Below, in pieces: positions 8,079 through 18,192 of a stretch of 64,000 nucleotides of DNA. The position numbers and the translations under genes were made by a program. The first letter of the stretch is position 1, and each line of letters opens with the position of its first letter. This stretch comes from a bacterium (GTDB taxonomy: Bacteria; Patescibacteriota; Minisyncoccia; UBA6257; JAUSGH01). The stretch covers positions 10,907 to 74,906 of the forward strand of contig JAUSGH010000001.1 in assembly GCA_030649055.1 (NCBI GenBank). Direction: 5' to 3'. The notes under the pieces were generated by a model. It was not told where the DNA came from, did no database searches, and saw only the letters and a program-made list of their open reading frames with translations.

Positions 8079-9629
8079 ATGAAAAACTTTTCAAAACTGT
8101 ATTCCGCGGAACTTGACGGCATTGACGCGCGGCTGATTGAAGTGGAGACAGACGTGAATGTGGGGCTCCATAGTTTTGCCATCGTCGGACTCGCGGATAA
8201 ATCCATTTCTGAGGCAAAAGAGCGTGTGAACTCCGCGTTAAAAAATATCGGTGCCAAAGCTCCGAACCGCGAAAATCGGAAAATCGTTGTGAACCTCGCG
8301 CCGGCGGATGTAAAAAAAGTCGGTTCGCACTACGACCTTGCGATCGCCCTTGGGTATCTTTTGGCTACCGGTCAGATTGCGCCCGTTGATACGAAGAGCA
8401 AACTTTTTCTTGGCGAACTTTCACTTGAAGGAAATCTTCGGCCGGTCGGCGGGGTGCTGAACATGGTGCGCGCGGCAGCAGCGAAAGGGTTTGATGAAGT
8501 TTTTGTGCCAAGCGCGAATGCCCGCGAAGCGGCGATTGTGGAAGGCATCGCCGTGTACCCTGTTGTTGCCTTGCGCGAGCTCGTTTCGCATCTTGAAGGG
8601 AAGGCGGGGATTGAGGCGCAGCCGAAAACCGAAATCATGGACGCGACCACGGGTATGGTGGACTTCGCGGAAATTAAAGGCCAAGCGTACGGTAAGCGCG
8701 CGTTGACCATTGCCGCGGCCGGTGGACACAATATTTTTATGGTCGGCGCTCCCGGTGGGGGAAAGACCATGCTCGCGGAAGCGTTCGCCGGAATTTTGCC
8801 TCCGCTCACGACCGAGGAGGCGCTGGAGGTGACGCAAATATACAGCGCCGCCGGCATGCTTCGTGAGGCGCCATACATTTCCGCGCGGCCGTTCCGCTCG
8901 CCGCATCACACGGCATCTCCCGTGGCTGTCATCGGCGGGGGAACGAACCCACGCCCGGGTGAAATCAGCTTGGCGCATCGCGGCGTGCTTTTTCTTGATG
9001 AGATTCCGGAGTTCCGCCGTGACTTGTTGGAGGCATTGCGCCAGCCGCTGGAATCCGGAAAAGCGCATATTGCCCGCGCCAACGGCAACACCGTGTTTCC
9101 GGCGCGGTTCACGCTTGCCGCGGCAATGAACCCATGTCCTTGCGGCTACCATGGCGACGAAGAAAAGGCGTGTACTTGCGGCGCGCATGAAGTGCTCCGC
9201 TATCAGAAAAAAGTATCCGGTCCATTGCTTGACCGCATTGACATCCAAATCCGCGTGCCGAGAGTGAAACCGGAGGAGCTGCGCGCAAAACTTGTGTCCG
9301 GCGAAACAAGCGCGGAGGTCCGCGCAAAAGTCATTGCCGCGCGCGGAGTGCAAGCTGAACGGTTTGCGCGGCTGGCAGTGAAGGCAAAACACCGCCCTCG
9401 CGTGAACGCGGAGATGACTTCAAAACAGTGCGACGACTATATTGTATTTACCGCCGAAGCGGAAAAGTTTTTAAACACCGCGCTCAAAGGCGCCCAGCTT
9501 TCCGCCCGGGGATATTTCCGCGTGCTGAAGGTGGCGCAAACCATCGCGGACTTGGAAAACGCTGAGAAAGTTTCCGATGCACACCTCGCGGAGGCATTCG
9601 GGTACCGGCTACGGAATCAGGAGATGTAA
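8079..9629 (+). CDS. comM: ComM/YifB Mg-chelatase-like AAA+ ATPase
   Basis: IVVNLAPAD, GAPGGGKT, RPFRSPHH, GEISLAHRGVLFLDE, AMNPCPCG, SGPLLDRID. Confidence 0.96.
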   Translation: MKNFSKLYSAELDGIDARLIEVETDVNVGLHSFAIVGLADKSISEAKERVNSALKNIGAKAPNRENRKIVVNLAPADVKKVGSHYDLAIALGYLLATGQIAPVDTKSKLFLGELSLEGNLRPVGGVLNMVRAAAAKGFDEVFVPSANAREAAIVEGIAVYPVVALRELVSHLEGKAGIEAQPKTEIMDATTGMVDFAEIKGQAYGKRALTIAAAGGHNIFMVGAPGGGKTMLAEAFAGILPPLTTEEALEVTQIYSAAGMLREAPYISARPFRSPHHTASPVAVIGGGTNPRPGEISLAHRGVLFLDEIPEFRRDLLEALRQPLESGKAHIARANGNTVFPARFTLAAAMNPCPCGYHGDEEKACTCGAHEVLRYQKKVSGPLLDRIDIQIRVPRVKPEELRAKLVSGETSAEVRAKVIAARGVQAERFARLAVKAKHRPRVNAEMTSKQCDDYIVFTAEAEKFLNTALKGAQLSARGYFRVLKVAQTIADLENAEKVSDAHLAEAFGYRLRNQEM

Positions 9630-9668
9630 TCAAAAAGCCCCCGATGTTTTATCGGGGGCTTTTTGATT
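9628..9668. terminator. Bidirectional terminator
   Basis: AATCAAAAAGCCCCCGAT...ATCGGGGGCTTTTTGATT between convergent genes. Confidence 0.8.
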
Positions 9669-9684
9669 TGATGTATAACATTAC

Positions 9685-10809
9685 CTACATTCCCAAAAAC
9701 GGCAGAATTGCTTTCAGTCCGTTGAATGATGTGGAGATGATGAGGTAGTTGCCGAAGATGCCGTAGTTGAATGACGCTCCGGGTTTTGTGAATGTTGCAT
9801 AGCGCGTAGGAACACCATTTACTTGCCCGGCCTTGAATTCGCCTTTCGCGCCCGGATCTTCAATGTAGAAAGGAGCAAGGTTAGCCGATTCAAGCCGGGC
9901 AAAGGTGGTTTGCGCGTCGCTCGGGATTGCCGAGGGCTTCAGCGCGGCAACGTACCCCGGCCAATGGCCGTTGTTGTCAAAATACGCGAAGCCGGAGAAA
10001 TCGTCGGCGATAAGATCTTTGATGGTGTTGGCGGCAAGTTCGGGTACGAGCGCGTTCAAGAAATCACCGAACGGAACTTGGCCGCCATTTGAAAAAACAG
10101 CGAGTTCGTCCATCACGTGCGGTGCGGTGTGATTCGTCACCTCGCGGACTGTCGCCGCCATAATTGCCTCGGCGGTTATTGAAGGAAGGTCGAGCTGTGC
10201 TTGTGATGGTAGCGGATTGGGAAAAAGGGAAACATGCGGCAGCGGTTGTGGCGCTGAAACCCTCGGCGTCACAACGGGCTCGGGTTCCGGCGCTTGCGGA
10301 GTGAATATAAGCGGGTAGACGACGTAATAACCCAAGAGTCCCAGCACGACGACGCCAACAATACTTCCGCCGATAATGGCGATAAGTTTTCCGGATGGGT
10401 TCCCTGAGATCGCAACGCCATCGGGAAGTTGACCAATGGTTCCCGGCGCAAACACGGGCGTTTCATCGTCCAGGTCTTCCAATCGGATTTTTTTTGCTTC
10501 AGCTCCGGCACCTCCTGATGCCGAAAGCGTTTCCGCGTCCGAGGTGAGCGAACGAATGCGTACTTCCGGTCCCGGCGGGGGAGGGGTTTTCATTTCAGAC
10601 GGCGCCATCGGCGTCGGAACAGTTGAAGGCATTCCGGACGGGGCAACGGGTGCCACGTGCTGAAAGTCGCGCGTCATCGGCGGCGGCGGAGGCGGAGTGG
10701 GTCGCGGAGGAACCAGCGGAGGCGGAATAGGACGAGGCGGGAAAGACGGCTGATTATTTGCTAATGACTTCGGCGGAAGATTATTAAGATTTGATGGGAG
10801 GTTGTCCAT
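9685..10809 (-). CDS. Pro-rich single-pass membrane protein
   Basis: Pro-rich N-terminus, one TM segment, globular C-terminal domain. Confidence 0.8.
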   Translation of the reverse strand: MDNLPSNLNNLPPKSLANNQPSFPPRPIPPPLVPPRPTPPPPPPMTRDFQHVAPVAPSGMPSTVPTPMAPSEMKTPPPPGPEVRIRSLTSDAETLSASGGAGAEAKKIRLEDLDDETPVFAPGTIGQLPDGVAISGNPSGKLIAIIGGSIVGVVVLGLLGYYVVYPLIFTPQAPEPEPVVTPRVSAPQPLPHVSLFPNPLPSQAQLDLPSITAEAIMAATVREVTNHTAPHVMDELAVFSNGGQVPFGDFLNALVPELAANTIKDLIADDFSGFAYFDNNGHWPGYVAALKPSAIPSDAQTTFARLESANLAPFYIEDPGAKGEFKAGQVNGVPTRYATFTKPGASFNYGIFGNYLIISTSFNGLKAILPFLGM

Positions 10810-10832
10810 ACCCTGTGCTACAACTTCGATTT

Positions 10833-10939
10833 ACCCTGTGCCACAACTTACATACGCAATTTTTGGAAGATACCTTACCTATTGAGGCGTTCGCAATGGC
10901 CATTTCCTCAATCACGTATGATTTGTTGTGGCACAGGGT
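10833..10939. mobile_element. Miniature inverted-repeat element (MITE-like)
   Basis: 15-bp terminal inverted repeat ACCCTGTGCCACAAC / GTTGTGGCACAGGGT; extra end copy at 10810-10824. Confidence 0.7.
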
Positions 10940-11062
10940 TTAAGTTTGTAATATACTTCAAGCATTTTTGAGATATCAACGCTTTGTTATAAATCCCAAA
11001 ATATCGCCTTGGCGTGCCCTACGATCGAAGTTGTCGCACGGGGCATATTTTTTATTGTAACA

Positions 11063-11338
11063 TAGAACCCATCTCAAAATATGCCTGGCCGCGATACTGG
11101 TCAATTTCGCCCGTCGCAAGGAGCGAGGACGAGAGTGTATCCACTGTGATACTCCGAGTCCGTTGCGACACTGCGACGGGCGAAATTGGCCGTATCCCGA
11201 AGGGTTGCGGTAGTTTTTGCACGATGCGGCGTTACTCCTCGGAGTTGTAGCGCTGGGGCTACAAACTCCTTCGTCGCGCCTTGCATCGTGCAAAAACTCC
11301 TCGCAACGCGGCTCAGGGATATTTTGAGATGGGTTCTA
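11063..11338. mobile_element. 276-bp multi-hairpin palindromic element
   Basis: 20-bp terminal IR TAGAACCCATCTCAAAATAT / ATATTTTGAGATGGGTTCTA, two internal fold-back modules; related to 31027-31303. Confidence 0.75.
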
Positions 11339-11402
11339 ATTGACGCCAACCCTCTATTCCTTTATATTATTATGCAGTGCAGGCAGCAACGGGAGGTGAG
11401 CG

Positions 11403-11747
11403 ATGACGTGGGAAGAATTTCTGAAGCCGGATCTCAAAGGGCGCGAGGCCGAGATCCGATGGGGTGTCGGGTCTGGCGAACGCGGGTGCATCGACAACAT
11501 CATCTACTACGCCAGGACCGGGGTCGTCTCTGTGTACTGGCGCCTCACCGCTATGCGCTGGGACGTGACAGCGCCGTGGCGGAAGGTGGGCGAGGAAAGG
11601 GGCGGTAACCTGGACGACCCCATCTTCCAGGTCGTCGGCGACCCGGAGAAGAAGGAAGACGGATCGGTGCTATTTCATTTTGGTGGTGGTGAGGTGGAGA
11701 TCTCTCCTCCTGAAGCCGACCGCCAGGCGAAGATCCTCTGTCCGTAG
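11403..11747 (+). CDS. Hypothetical protein (ORFan cassette)
   Basis: TTGACG(11340)-17-TATATT promoter, GGGAGG SD, downstream hairpin. Confidence 0.75.
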   Translation: MTWEEFLKPDLKGREAEIRWGVGSGERGCIDNIIYYARTGVVSVYWRLTAMRWDVTAPWRKVGEERGGNLDDPIFQVVGDPEKKEDGSVLFHFGGGEVEISPPEADRQAKILCP

Positions 11748-11854
11748 GCAGCCGACGGTTGGTAGTAGTACAACGCGAAAACGCAAAGGCCCCGGTGGTA
11801 AATCCATCGAGGCCTTCTACGTTTTACGGATCAACTAGGGCTGTCATCCACGCG

Positions 11855-13966
11855 CTATCCCCGCGATTTCTCTTCCTGCCCCATGGCTTTCAAGGATAAC
11901 CCGATCTTCCCATGTTCGGAGCGGACAACTTTCACGCGCACGTGGTCGCCAAGTTTCAATACCTCCGTCACTGTTTTCACGAACCCCTCTTTCAATTCGG
12001 AGACGTGAATCATGCCGTCCTGGTCACCACCCAAATCCACAATCGCGCCGAATTCCAGAATCCGCACCACGTTGCCTTCCACGATATCACCGACTTTATA
12101 TTCCTTGGTGATGCCTTCAATTTCGCGCTTCGCGGCTTCGGCGATTTCGCTGGAAGCACCAGTGATGTACACGAATCCGGTCTGGTCAATGTCAATAGAC
12201 ATGACGCCGGTCTTGGCGATGATGCCGTTAATCATTTTGCCGCCAGGCCCTATGATGAGCCCGAACTTCTCCGGATCCATCGGCATGATGATGATTGCCG
12301 GCGCGTACTTGGAAAGCGTGGCGCGTGGCGCCGCAATTGTCTTCTCCATCGCGCTTAAGATGTGCAAGCGCGCGGCTTTTGCTTGCGCCAAGGTCTTCGC
12401 CGCCATCTCCACCGTGAGTCCCTGGATTTTCACATCAAGCTGAATGGCGTTCACGCCGTCGCGTGTACCAGCGATTTTGAAATCCATGTCGCCATAGTGG
12501 TCCTCCGGCCCCTGGATGTCCGTCAGCACTTTATATTCGCCGTTCGCTCCGGTCATGAGTCCCATCGCGATACCCGCCGCGAGTTTTTTCATCGGCACAC
12601 CCGCGTCCATTAAGGCCATTGAGCCGGCGCAGACCGTTGCCATGGACGATGAGCCGTTGGACGAAAGAATTTCCGAAACCAAACGGATGGCGTACGGAAA
12701 TGTTTCCTTTGACGGAAGCAAATTCACGATGGCTTTTTCCGCCAACGCGGCGTGCCCGATTTCGCGCCGTCCAGGTCCGCGCATGGGGCCCGTTTCGCCG
12801 ACGGAATATTTCGGGAAGTTGTAGTGCAAAAGGAAGCGCTTCTTTCCGGAGAAATCCATCGTCTCAACAAGCTGCTCGCCGGACGGCGGCGCAAGCGTCA
12901 CAACCGCCAATGCCTGTGTGTTGCCGCGGATGAAGAGCGCGCTACCGTGGAGGCGTTCAAGCACGTGTGTCTCGGTGTAGAGTTCGCGCACCTCGTCCAG
13001 TTTGCGGCCGTCCGGACGGCGCTCTTTGGTCAAAATCTGTTCATGGACAAGTACATCAACCATGTCCTCAAACAAGTGCTCCGCCATGCCGAGCGCCGCA
13101 GCGTCCGCCTCGCCTTCTTTCAAATGCTCCATGAGTCCGTCGTGCACAGTCGCCATTTGCTCCTGGCGGGCAACCTTTTCTTTGGTGTATACCGCGGTTT
13201 CAATTTTATCTTTCAGGTATGCCGCGACTTTCTTTTTCAACTCCTCGTCCGGTTCCACGAGCGGAAGCGCCGCTTTCGGTTTGCCGATTTCTTTCACCAT
13301 TTTTTCCTGCAGCGCGACAAGCTTCGCGATTTCTTTTTGCGCGAGGGTGAATCCTTCCACGGTCGCGTCTTCCGATGCTTCGCGGCCTTCAAGCTCAATC
13401 ATGTTGATGCGGTCTTTCGTTCCCGCAACAAATGCATCAAATTCCGGCTCAATCACGTCGGGGAGCTTTGGGTTGACCTGCAAGGCGCCGCCAAGACGCG
13501 CGATGTTTACTCCCGCGACCGGTCCGCCCCACGGAATATCCGAAATGGCGAGCGCGGCAGACGCGGCCATGAGCGCCGCGAAGGGATGGTCGTTTTCTCC
13601 GTCAAAAGAAAGCACGGTGAGAATCACCTGGATTTCACGGCGGATACGTTGGTCAAACAACGGGCGGATAGTGCGGTCAACGAGACGGCCGGCCAAAATG
13701 GCATCGTCCGGCGCCCTGCCTTCGCGGCGCATAAAGCGGCTACCGAGAATTTTCCCGACGGCATAAAAACGCTGTTCGTAGTCAACGGTGAGCGGCAAAT
13801 AATCTCCTTTTGAGGAATTTTTACTCATAACAGCGGTCGCCAAAACGGCGGTGTCGCCATAGTGGCAAATGACCGCGGCGTTTGTCTGCTCCGCGAGCCG
13901 TGAAACTTCAAGCGTGAGCGGTCGGCCCTGAAAATCTATCGTGAACGATTTTTTATTGAGATCCAT
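11855..13966 (-). CDS. pnp: Polyribonucleotide nucleotidyltransferase
   Basis: LPLTVDY, RLVDRTIRPLF, RREIGH, SNGSSSMA, DMDFK, KH and S1 domains; start at MDLNKK. Confidence 0.98.
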   Translation of the reverse strand: MDLNKKSFTIDFQGRPLTLEVSRLAEQTNAAVICHYGDTAVLATAVMSKNSSKGDYLPLTVDYEQRFYAVGKILGSRFMRREGRAPDDAILAGRLVDRTIRPLFDQRIRREIQVILTVLSFDGENDHPFAALMAASAALAISDIPWGGPVAGVNIARLGGALQVNPKLPDVIEPEFDAFVAGTKDRINMIELEGREASEDATVEGFTLAQKEIAKLVALQEKMVKEIGKPKAALPLVEPDEELKKKVAAYLKDKIETAVYTKEKVARQEQMATVHDGLMEHLKEGEADAAALGMAEHLFEDMVDVLVHEQILTKERRPDGRKLDEVRELYTETHVLERLHGSALFIRGNTQALAVVTLAPPSGEQLVETMDFSGKKRFLLHYNFPKYSVGETGPMRGPGRREIGHAALAEKAIVNLLPSKETFPYAIRLVSEILSSNGSSSMATVCAGSMALMDAGVPMKKLAAGIAMGLMTGANGEYKVLTDIQGPEDHYGDMDFKIAGTRDGVNAIQLDVKIQGLTVEMAAKTLAQAKAARLHILSAMEKTIAAPRATLSKYAPAIIIMPMDPEKFGLIIGPGGKMINGIIAKTGVMSIDIDQTGFVYITGASSEIAEAAKREIEGITKEYKVGDIVEGNVVRILEFGAIVDLGGDQDGMIHVSELKEGFVKTVTEVLKLGDHVRVKVVRSEHGKIGLSLKAMGQEEKSRG

Positions 13967-14118
13967 GGTTTGAGCGCGTTGGCGTCTCACCGGATCTCGC
14001 AGGTCAAGAATCAAGAATAAAGAATCAATTCACAATCGATTACTTATTCCTGGCTCCGACCGTTGCTATCTCGGCAATTCCGCTCGCGCAGTTATTTTTT
14101 AATTTTTTAATGTATGAC

Positions 14119-14697
14119 CTATACCTGACCTTTTTTTAATAATATCTTCGGAATGTCCTCAAGGGCGATAAACTCATCCGCTACCTCTTTTATTCTCGCA
14201 TTTGTACTGCGGCTGAATGCGGCAACCTCCACCGTGCGTCCTTTGCCCCACTTTAAGTATTCCACGAGCGGCACAAAATCGCCATCACCGGTCACAAGCA
14301 CCACTGCGTCCAAAAATTCCGCCATGCGAATGGCATCCACCGCCATGCCAACGTCCCAATCCGCTTTTTTCGCGCCGGAGGCAAAAATTTGGATGTCTTT
14401 CATGCGCAGCTCAATGCCCACACGGCGGAGCGCGTCAAAAAACGACGCCTCGGGGGTGAGTCCGGAGCTGCCTCGTCCCTCCGCTGGAGCTTGCACGGGA
14501 TGCGAGTCGTGTCCGCCTTCCACGTCGGATTTCACCACGTAGGCGATGGCGCGGATGAGTTTCCGCCCGGCAAGCAGCGTCTTTAAGAGCTCCTTATAAT
14601 TCACGCGTGAGCTGTAAAGATTCTTCGCCGAGTGATAAAGGTTCTGGATATCAATAAAGATTCCGACGCGCTGCTCTTTATTTTTGATTGCTGCCAT
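14119..14697 (-). CDS. NYN domain protein (LabA/DUF88)
   Basis: IFIDIQN, KKADWDVGMAVD, LVTGDGDFVPL. Confidence 0.93.
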   Translation of the reverse strand: MAAIKNKEQRVGIFIDIQNLYHSAKNLYSSRVNYKELLKTLLAGRKLIRAIAYVVKSDVEGGHDSHPVQAPAEGRGSSGLTPEASFFDALRRVGIELRMKDIQIFASGAKKADWDVGMAVDAIRMAEFLDAVVLVTGDGDFVPLVEYLKWGKGRTVEVAAFSRSTNARIKEVADEFIALEDIPKILLKKGQV

Positions 14698-14733
14698 AAA
14701 ATTTCTTACGTCCTACTTCTTACGTCTTATTTC

Positions 14734-14997
14734 TTATTTAAGCCCCAGCTTCTTTACTGTCGCAGTGTGCGCTTTGGCATCATTTTTTGCGAGATAGGCC
14801 AAAAGGCGGCGGCGCTTGCCGACCATCTGCAGGAGTCCGCGGCGGGAGGTGTTATCTTTCGGATTCTTTTTCAAGTGCGCCACGAGTTCGTCAATACGGC
14901 GGGAGAGAATGCCGATCTGCACGCCGGAAGAACCGGTATCAGTGTCGTGTATGGCATGCTCTTTTACGATGATTTTCTTTTTTCTTGGAGTTAACAT
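14734..14997 (-). CDS. rpsO: 30S ribosomal protein S15
   Basis: DTGSSGVQIGIL...HLKKNPKD..SRRGLLQMVGKRRRLLAYL. Confidence 0.98.
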   Translation of the reverse strand: MLTPRKKKIIVKEHAIHDTDTGSSGVQIGILSRRIDELVAHLKKNPKDNTSRRGLLQMVGKRRRLLAYLAKNDAKAHTATVKKLGLK

Positions 14998-15065
14998 ATG
15001 AGTTTTGGTAATGGTTCGACTGTGCTCACCAAATAAATATTTCCTGAGCTTGTCGAAGGAATACT

Positions 15066-16160
15066 CTACTTTTTAAGTTTAAGAATAATGCGTTTCTCGG
15101 CGGGTTTCACTGTTGCAATATGGAACGTGTACGACTTGCCCAATTCAAGTTGCTTTTTCATTTCATCAACGCCTCCGAACTCCGACACGTGGATAAGGCC
15201 CTGGATATCCGCATCCAGCGCAACAAACGCGCCGAACGGATTGAACTTCGTGACGGTGCCTTGCACATCGGTGTCATCTTTGTATTTCTCCGGCACCTTG
15301 AGCCACGGGTCTTCCTGAAGGGCTTTGAGTGAAAGCGAAACGCGGCCGTCCTTGATTTCAAGGATTTTCGCTTTGATGGAATCATTCACTTTCACGATTT
15401 CTTTCGGGTTTTCAATGAGGCGATGGCTTAATTCCGAAATGTGGATAAGGCCTTCAATGTCCGGGTTGTCCGCGAAGCGTACAAACGCGCCGAAGTCCGC
15501 GACTCCCGAAACAATGCCTTCCACCATGTCGCCCACCTTATACTTCTCCAAAAGCTCCTTCACATTCGTGCTCATAGTCTCGCGCTCGGAGATGATGAGC
15601 TTGTTGGTGCGGGGATTGAGGTCAATGATTTTCACCTTCAATTCCTGACCGATGAATTTTTTGAGTTCCTCAAGAATCTTGCCTTTGTCGCCGTCCTCAA
15701 TGTGCGGATAGTGGTCCGGGGTCAATTGCGACACCGGCAAAAACGCTTTGACGTCGCCGATGGGGGCAATGAGTCCGCCGGAATTCGCCGCCGTAATTTT
15801 GACGGTAACAATTTCCCCGCGCTCCAACAGATTCTTGATGTCCTGCCACGCGCGTTGCTTGCCGGCTTCGGCGAGCGAGAGTTCGATATAGCCGTCGTCA
15901 TTTTCCGGATCAACGACCTTCGCGCTGACTTTATCGCCCGGCTTCAGTGCTTTCACGGCTTCCGCGGCGTTGGAATATTCGGCGCCGTACACAATGCCGG
16001 TGCCGAACCTGCCGAGATCAAAATAGGCGGACTTGGTTCCTTTGCTTAAAAATACTGCTTCAACGAGGTCGCCGTGCTTTAATGTAGCGAGCAGGCCAGA
16101 ATCGCCTTTCAAGAGCTGCGTAATGGGCGAATTCAACTTCTTCGGAATGGTAATGGGCAT
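15066..16160 (-). CDS. rpsA: 30S ribosomal protein S1 (4 S1 domains)
   Basis: Repeated FGAFV...GLIHISE S1 motifs. Confidence 0.92.
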   Translation of the reverse strand: MPITIPKKLNSPITQLLKGDSGLLATLKHGDLVEAVFLSKGTKSAYFDLGRFGTGIVYGAEYSNAAEAVKALKPGDKVSAKVVDPENDDGYIELSLAEAGKQRAWQDIKNLLERGEIVTVKITAANSGGLIAPIGDVKAFLPVSQLTPDHYPHIEDGDKGKILEELKKFIGQELKVKIIDLNPRTNKLIISERETMSTNVKELLEKYKVGDMVEGIVSGVADFGAFVRFADNPDIEGLIHISELSHRLIENPKEIVKVNDSIKAKILEIKDGRVSLSLKALQEDPWLKVPEKYKDDTDVQGTVTKFNPFGAFVALDADIQGLIHVSEFGGVDEMKKQLELGKSYTFHIATVKPAEKRIILKLKK

Positions 16161-16451
16161 ATATATATGTAGTCCTTCGACTTTGCTCAGGAACTATATA
16201 GTTGGTGAGCTTGTCGAACCACTACAACCGTGAGGATGAAATTTACTTATAATGTCGCTTTTCGGCGCATCCCCGGCAGCCGATCCGCAATTACTCCAAA
16301 TGATAGCGGAGTCCGCTCAAAAATGCAAGCGCGTACTCTGTCATTGCGAAGGGCCGATAGCCATCGGCCCTGTGGCAATCTTACATTATAAAAACCCTAA
16401 AAATGGATTAGGGGCGGGTGAGCATTATACTCACCCGCCCCCGTTGCTGTT

Positions 16452-17063
16452 CTACTGGCCGTTGTTGCCGGACTCACCGTTCCCGCCGCTCGTCGCCGCG
16501 GTCACGGGCTCGAGTGCCGGCTCGGTCGTCGCCAGAGCCGGTTCCGCCGCCGGCGTGGTCGTGGGCGGCTGCGTTGCCGCCGCGATCTGCGCCTGGAGCG
16601 CCTTGATGGTCTTCTGCGCGTTCGCCGCGCGTCCGTTCGCCTCGGCGAGCTTCCTGCGCGCCTCGCTGAGGTTGTTCTTCAAGTCGTCCTCCGCTCGCAA
16701 GTTCGTGTCCTTCAGCGCCTGAATCGTCTGCTGCGCTTTCAGCCGCTGGTCGTCCTTGCCGTGCTGGTAGGCCTCGTCCATGACGTCCCACAGGCTCTGC
16801 ATGGCCGGGACCTCTCCCGTGTTGGTGTTGATCGTCTGGCTCATGAGCCAGGAGAGGAGACCGTTGTAGTCGCCGACCTGGCGGATGACCTTCGCCTTCT
16901 TCCCGTCGAGCATCGTGATCTCGCTCCCCGGCACGTACTTGTGCGCGGGATTCTCGATGGTCATCGTGGGCACAAACTGCAGCAACCGGCCGCCCTCGTA
17001 CTGCTTGTGGGCCTCGCACCAGCCCGTCTCCACCACTAGGAACCGTCCAACCAAACTCTTCAT
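16452..17063 (-). CDS. Hypothetical coiled-coil protein (ORFan cassette)
   Basis: AAGGAG SD before ATG 17063, promoter TTGACT/TATACT at 17179-17152; resembles 45076-45651. Confidence 0.75.
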   Translation of the reverse strand: MKSLVGRFLVVETGWCEAHKQYEGGRLLQFVPTMTIENPAHKYVPGSEITMLDGKKAKVIRQVGDYNGLLSWLMSQTINTNTGEVPAMQSLWDVMDEAYQHGKDDQRLKAQQTIQALKDTNLRAEDDLKNNLSEARRKLAEANGRAANAQKTIKALQAQIAAATQPPTTTPAAEPALATTEPALEPVTAATSGGNGESGNNGQ

Positions 17064-17380
17064 CACGACCCGCTCCTTTCCACCAAAATGGGTGAAACCA
17101 GATCTTTCGCGCAACCCGCCGAACGACGGATACTAACGCGAAATTAGATACAGTATACTCTTTCGCCGGAAAAAGTCAAGCCCCCATAGGCGTCGCGCTA
17201 ACGGCTCAACGGCGTATGCCCCGTTGAGCCGTTAAAAATTGAGGAACTAAGCGGCTTCTTAGTGTACCTTTTGCCCCACAAGCGGCAGGGTCGGCATCAG
17301 AAAGGAATCGTATATAAAAGGAAGCGGCCGCAGGTTTCAGGAACCTGCGGCCACGGTGCTTGCGTCGTGCGCGTTGCGCA

Positions 17381-17992
17381 CTATGACTGCGCGTTGCCGA
17401 CGATCTTCTCGATCATCTGTGTGGTGATGATGCCCTTCGCTCCCTCGACGGCATCCAAGAGCTGATCGAGGCTACCCTTGTGCTGGTCGCAGCCGCCGAT
17501 CTTCGCTTGTATGCGGTCGGGTTCGTAACTGCGGTAGTCCAGCCGGGCACCGCTCTTGAACATCGCGACGACGCGTTCGCCCGCCGCCTTGCACTGGACG
17601 AACGCGGCGATGTTGTTGTAGAGGTTTTCCGGTCCGCCGCAGACGAAGCAACCCGGGGTCTGGTCGAGGCCGATGCCTCTCACCCAGAAGAACTCGCCTT
17701 CGCCATCCGGCCGCTTGTCCGGCTTGCCGTGGGAAGGGGTGCCGCGACGCGGATGCGGCTGGAGTTCGGGGTAGATTGTCTTTTCGGCGTCGTTGCCGAA
17801 TCCGATGGGCGACTTCGTGATGCCTTCCCCCAGAATGACACAACCCTTCTCGCACTCCCCGCAGTTCCACGTTGCCGCGCCACCGCCGGACGCCATGCTG
17901 TAGCCGGAACGGTAGCCGCAGTAGGGACAGCCGAACTCTTTCATCTCAGCGAAGCTGACTGCGATGATGTCAGCGGATTTGTTCTCACTCAT
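17381..17992 (-). CDS. Hypothetical Cys-rich (Zn-binding) protein (ORFan cassette)
   Basis: CPYC, CGEC, CFVC motifs; GAGGAG SD; TTGACA at 18087; terminator near 17324-17352. Confidence 0.8.
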   Translation of the reverse strand: MSENKSADIIAVSFAEMKEFGCPYCGYRSGYSMASGGGAATWNCGECEKGCVILGEGITKSPIGFGNDAEKTIYPELQPHPRRGTPSHGKPDKRPDGEGEFFWVRGIGLDQTPGCFVCGGPENLYNNIAAFVQCKAAGERVVAMFKSGARLDYRSYEPDRIQAKIGGCDQHKGSLDQLLDAVEGAKGIITTQMIEKIVGNAQS

Positions 17993-18192
17993 CGCCAGAT
18001 CTCCTCAAAAGAGGGTCTTCCCAAATGCGCCTCGTTAGAACATCTAACGATGCTGGCATAATAGCACGCAATATATTGATTTGTCAAGCGCCGTGAAATC
18101 TCGCATTGCGTGCGTTGCTTAATCGAAAAAATTTTGCTACTCTTCCATATATACTAGTGGCTAAACCCTAGTCGCTAGTGGCTTCTATATAT

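Noticed and set aside
12752-13813. Long antisense ORFs (also 8421-9392, 28823-29641, 34667-35896, 57837-58574)
   Set aside because: Shadows of well-supported genes on the opposite strand
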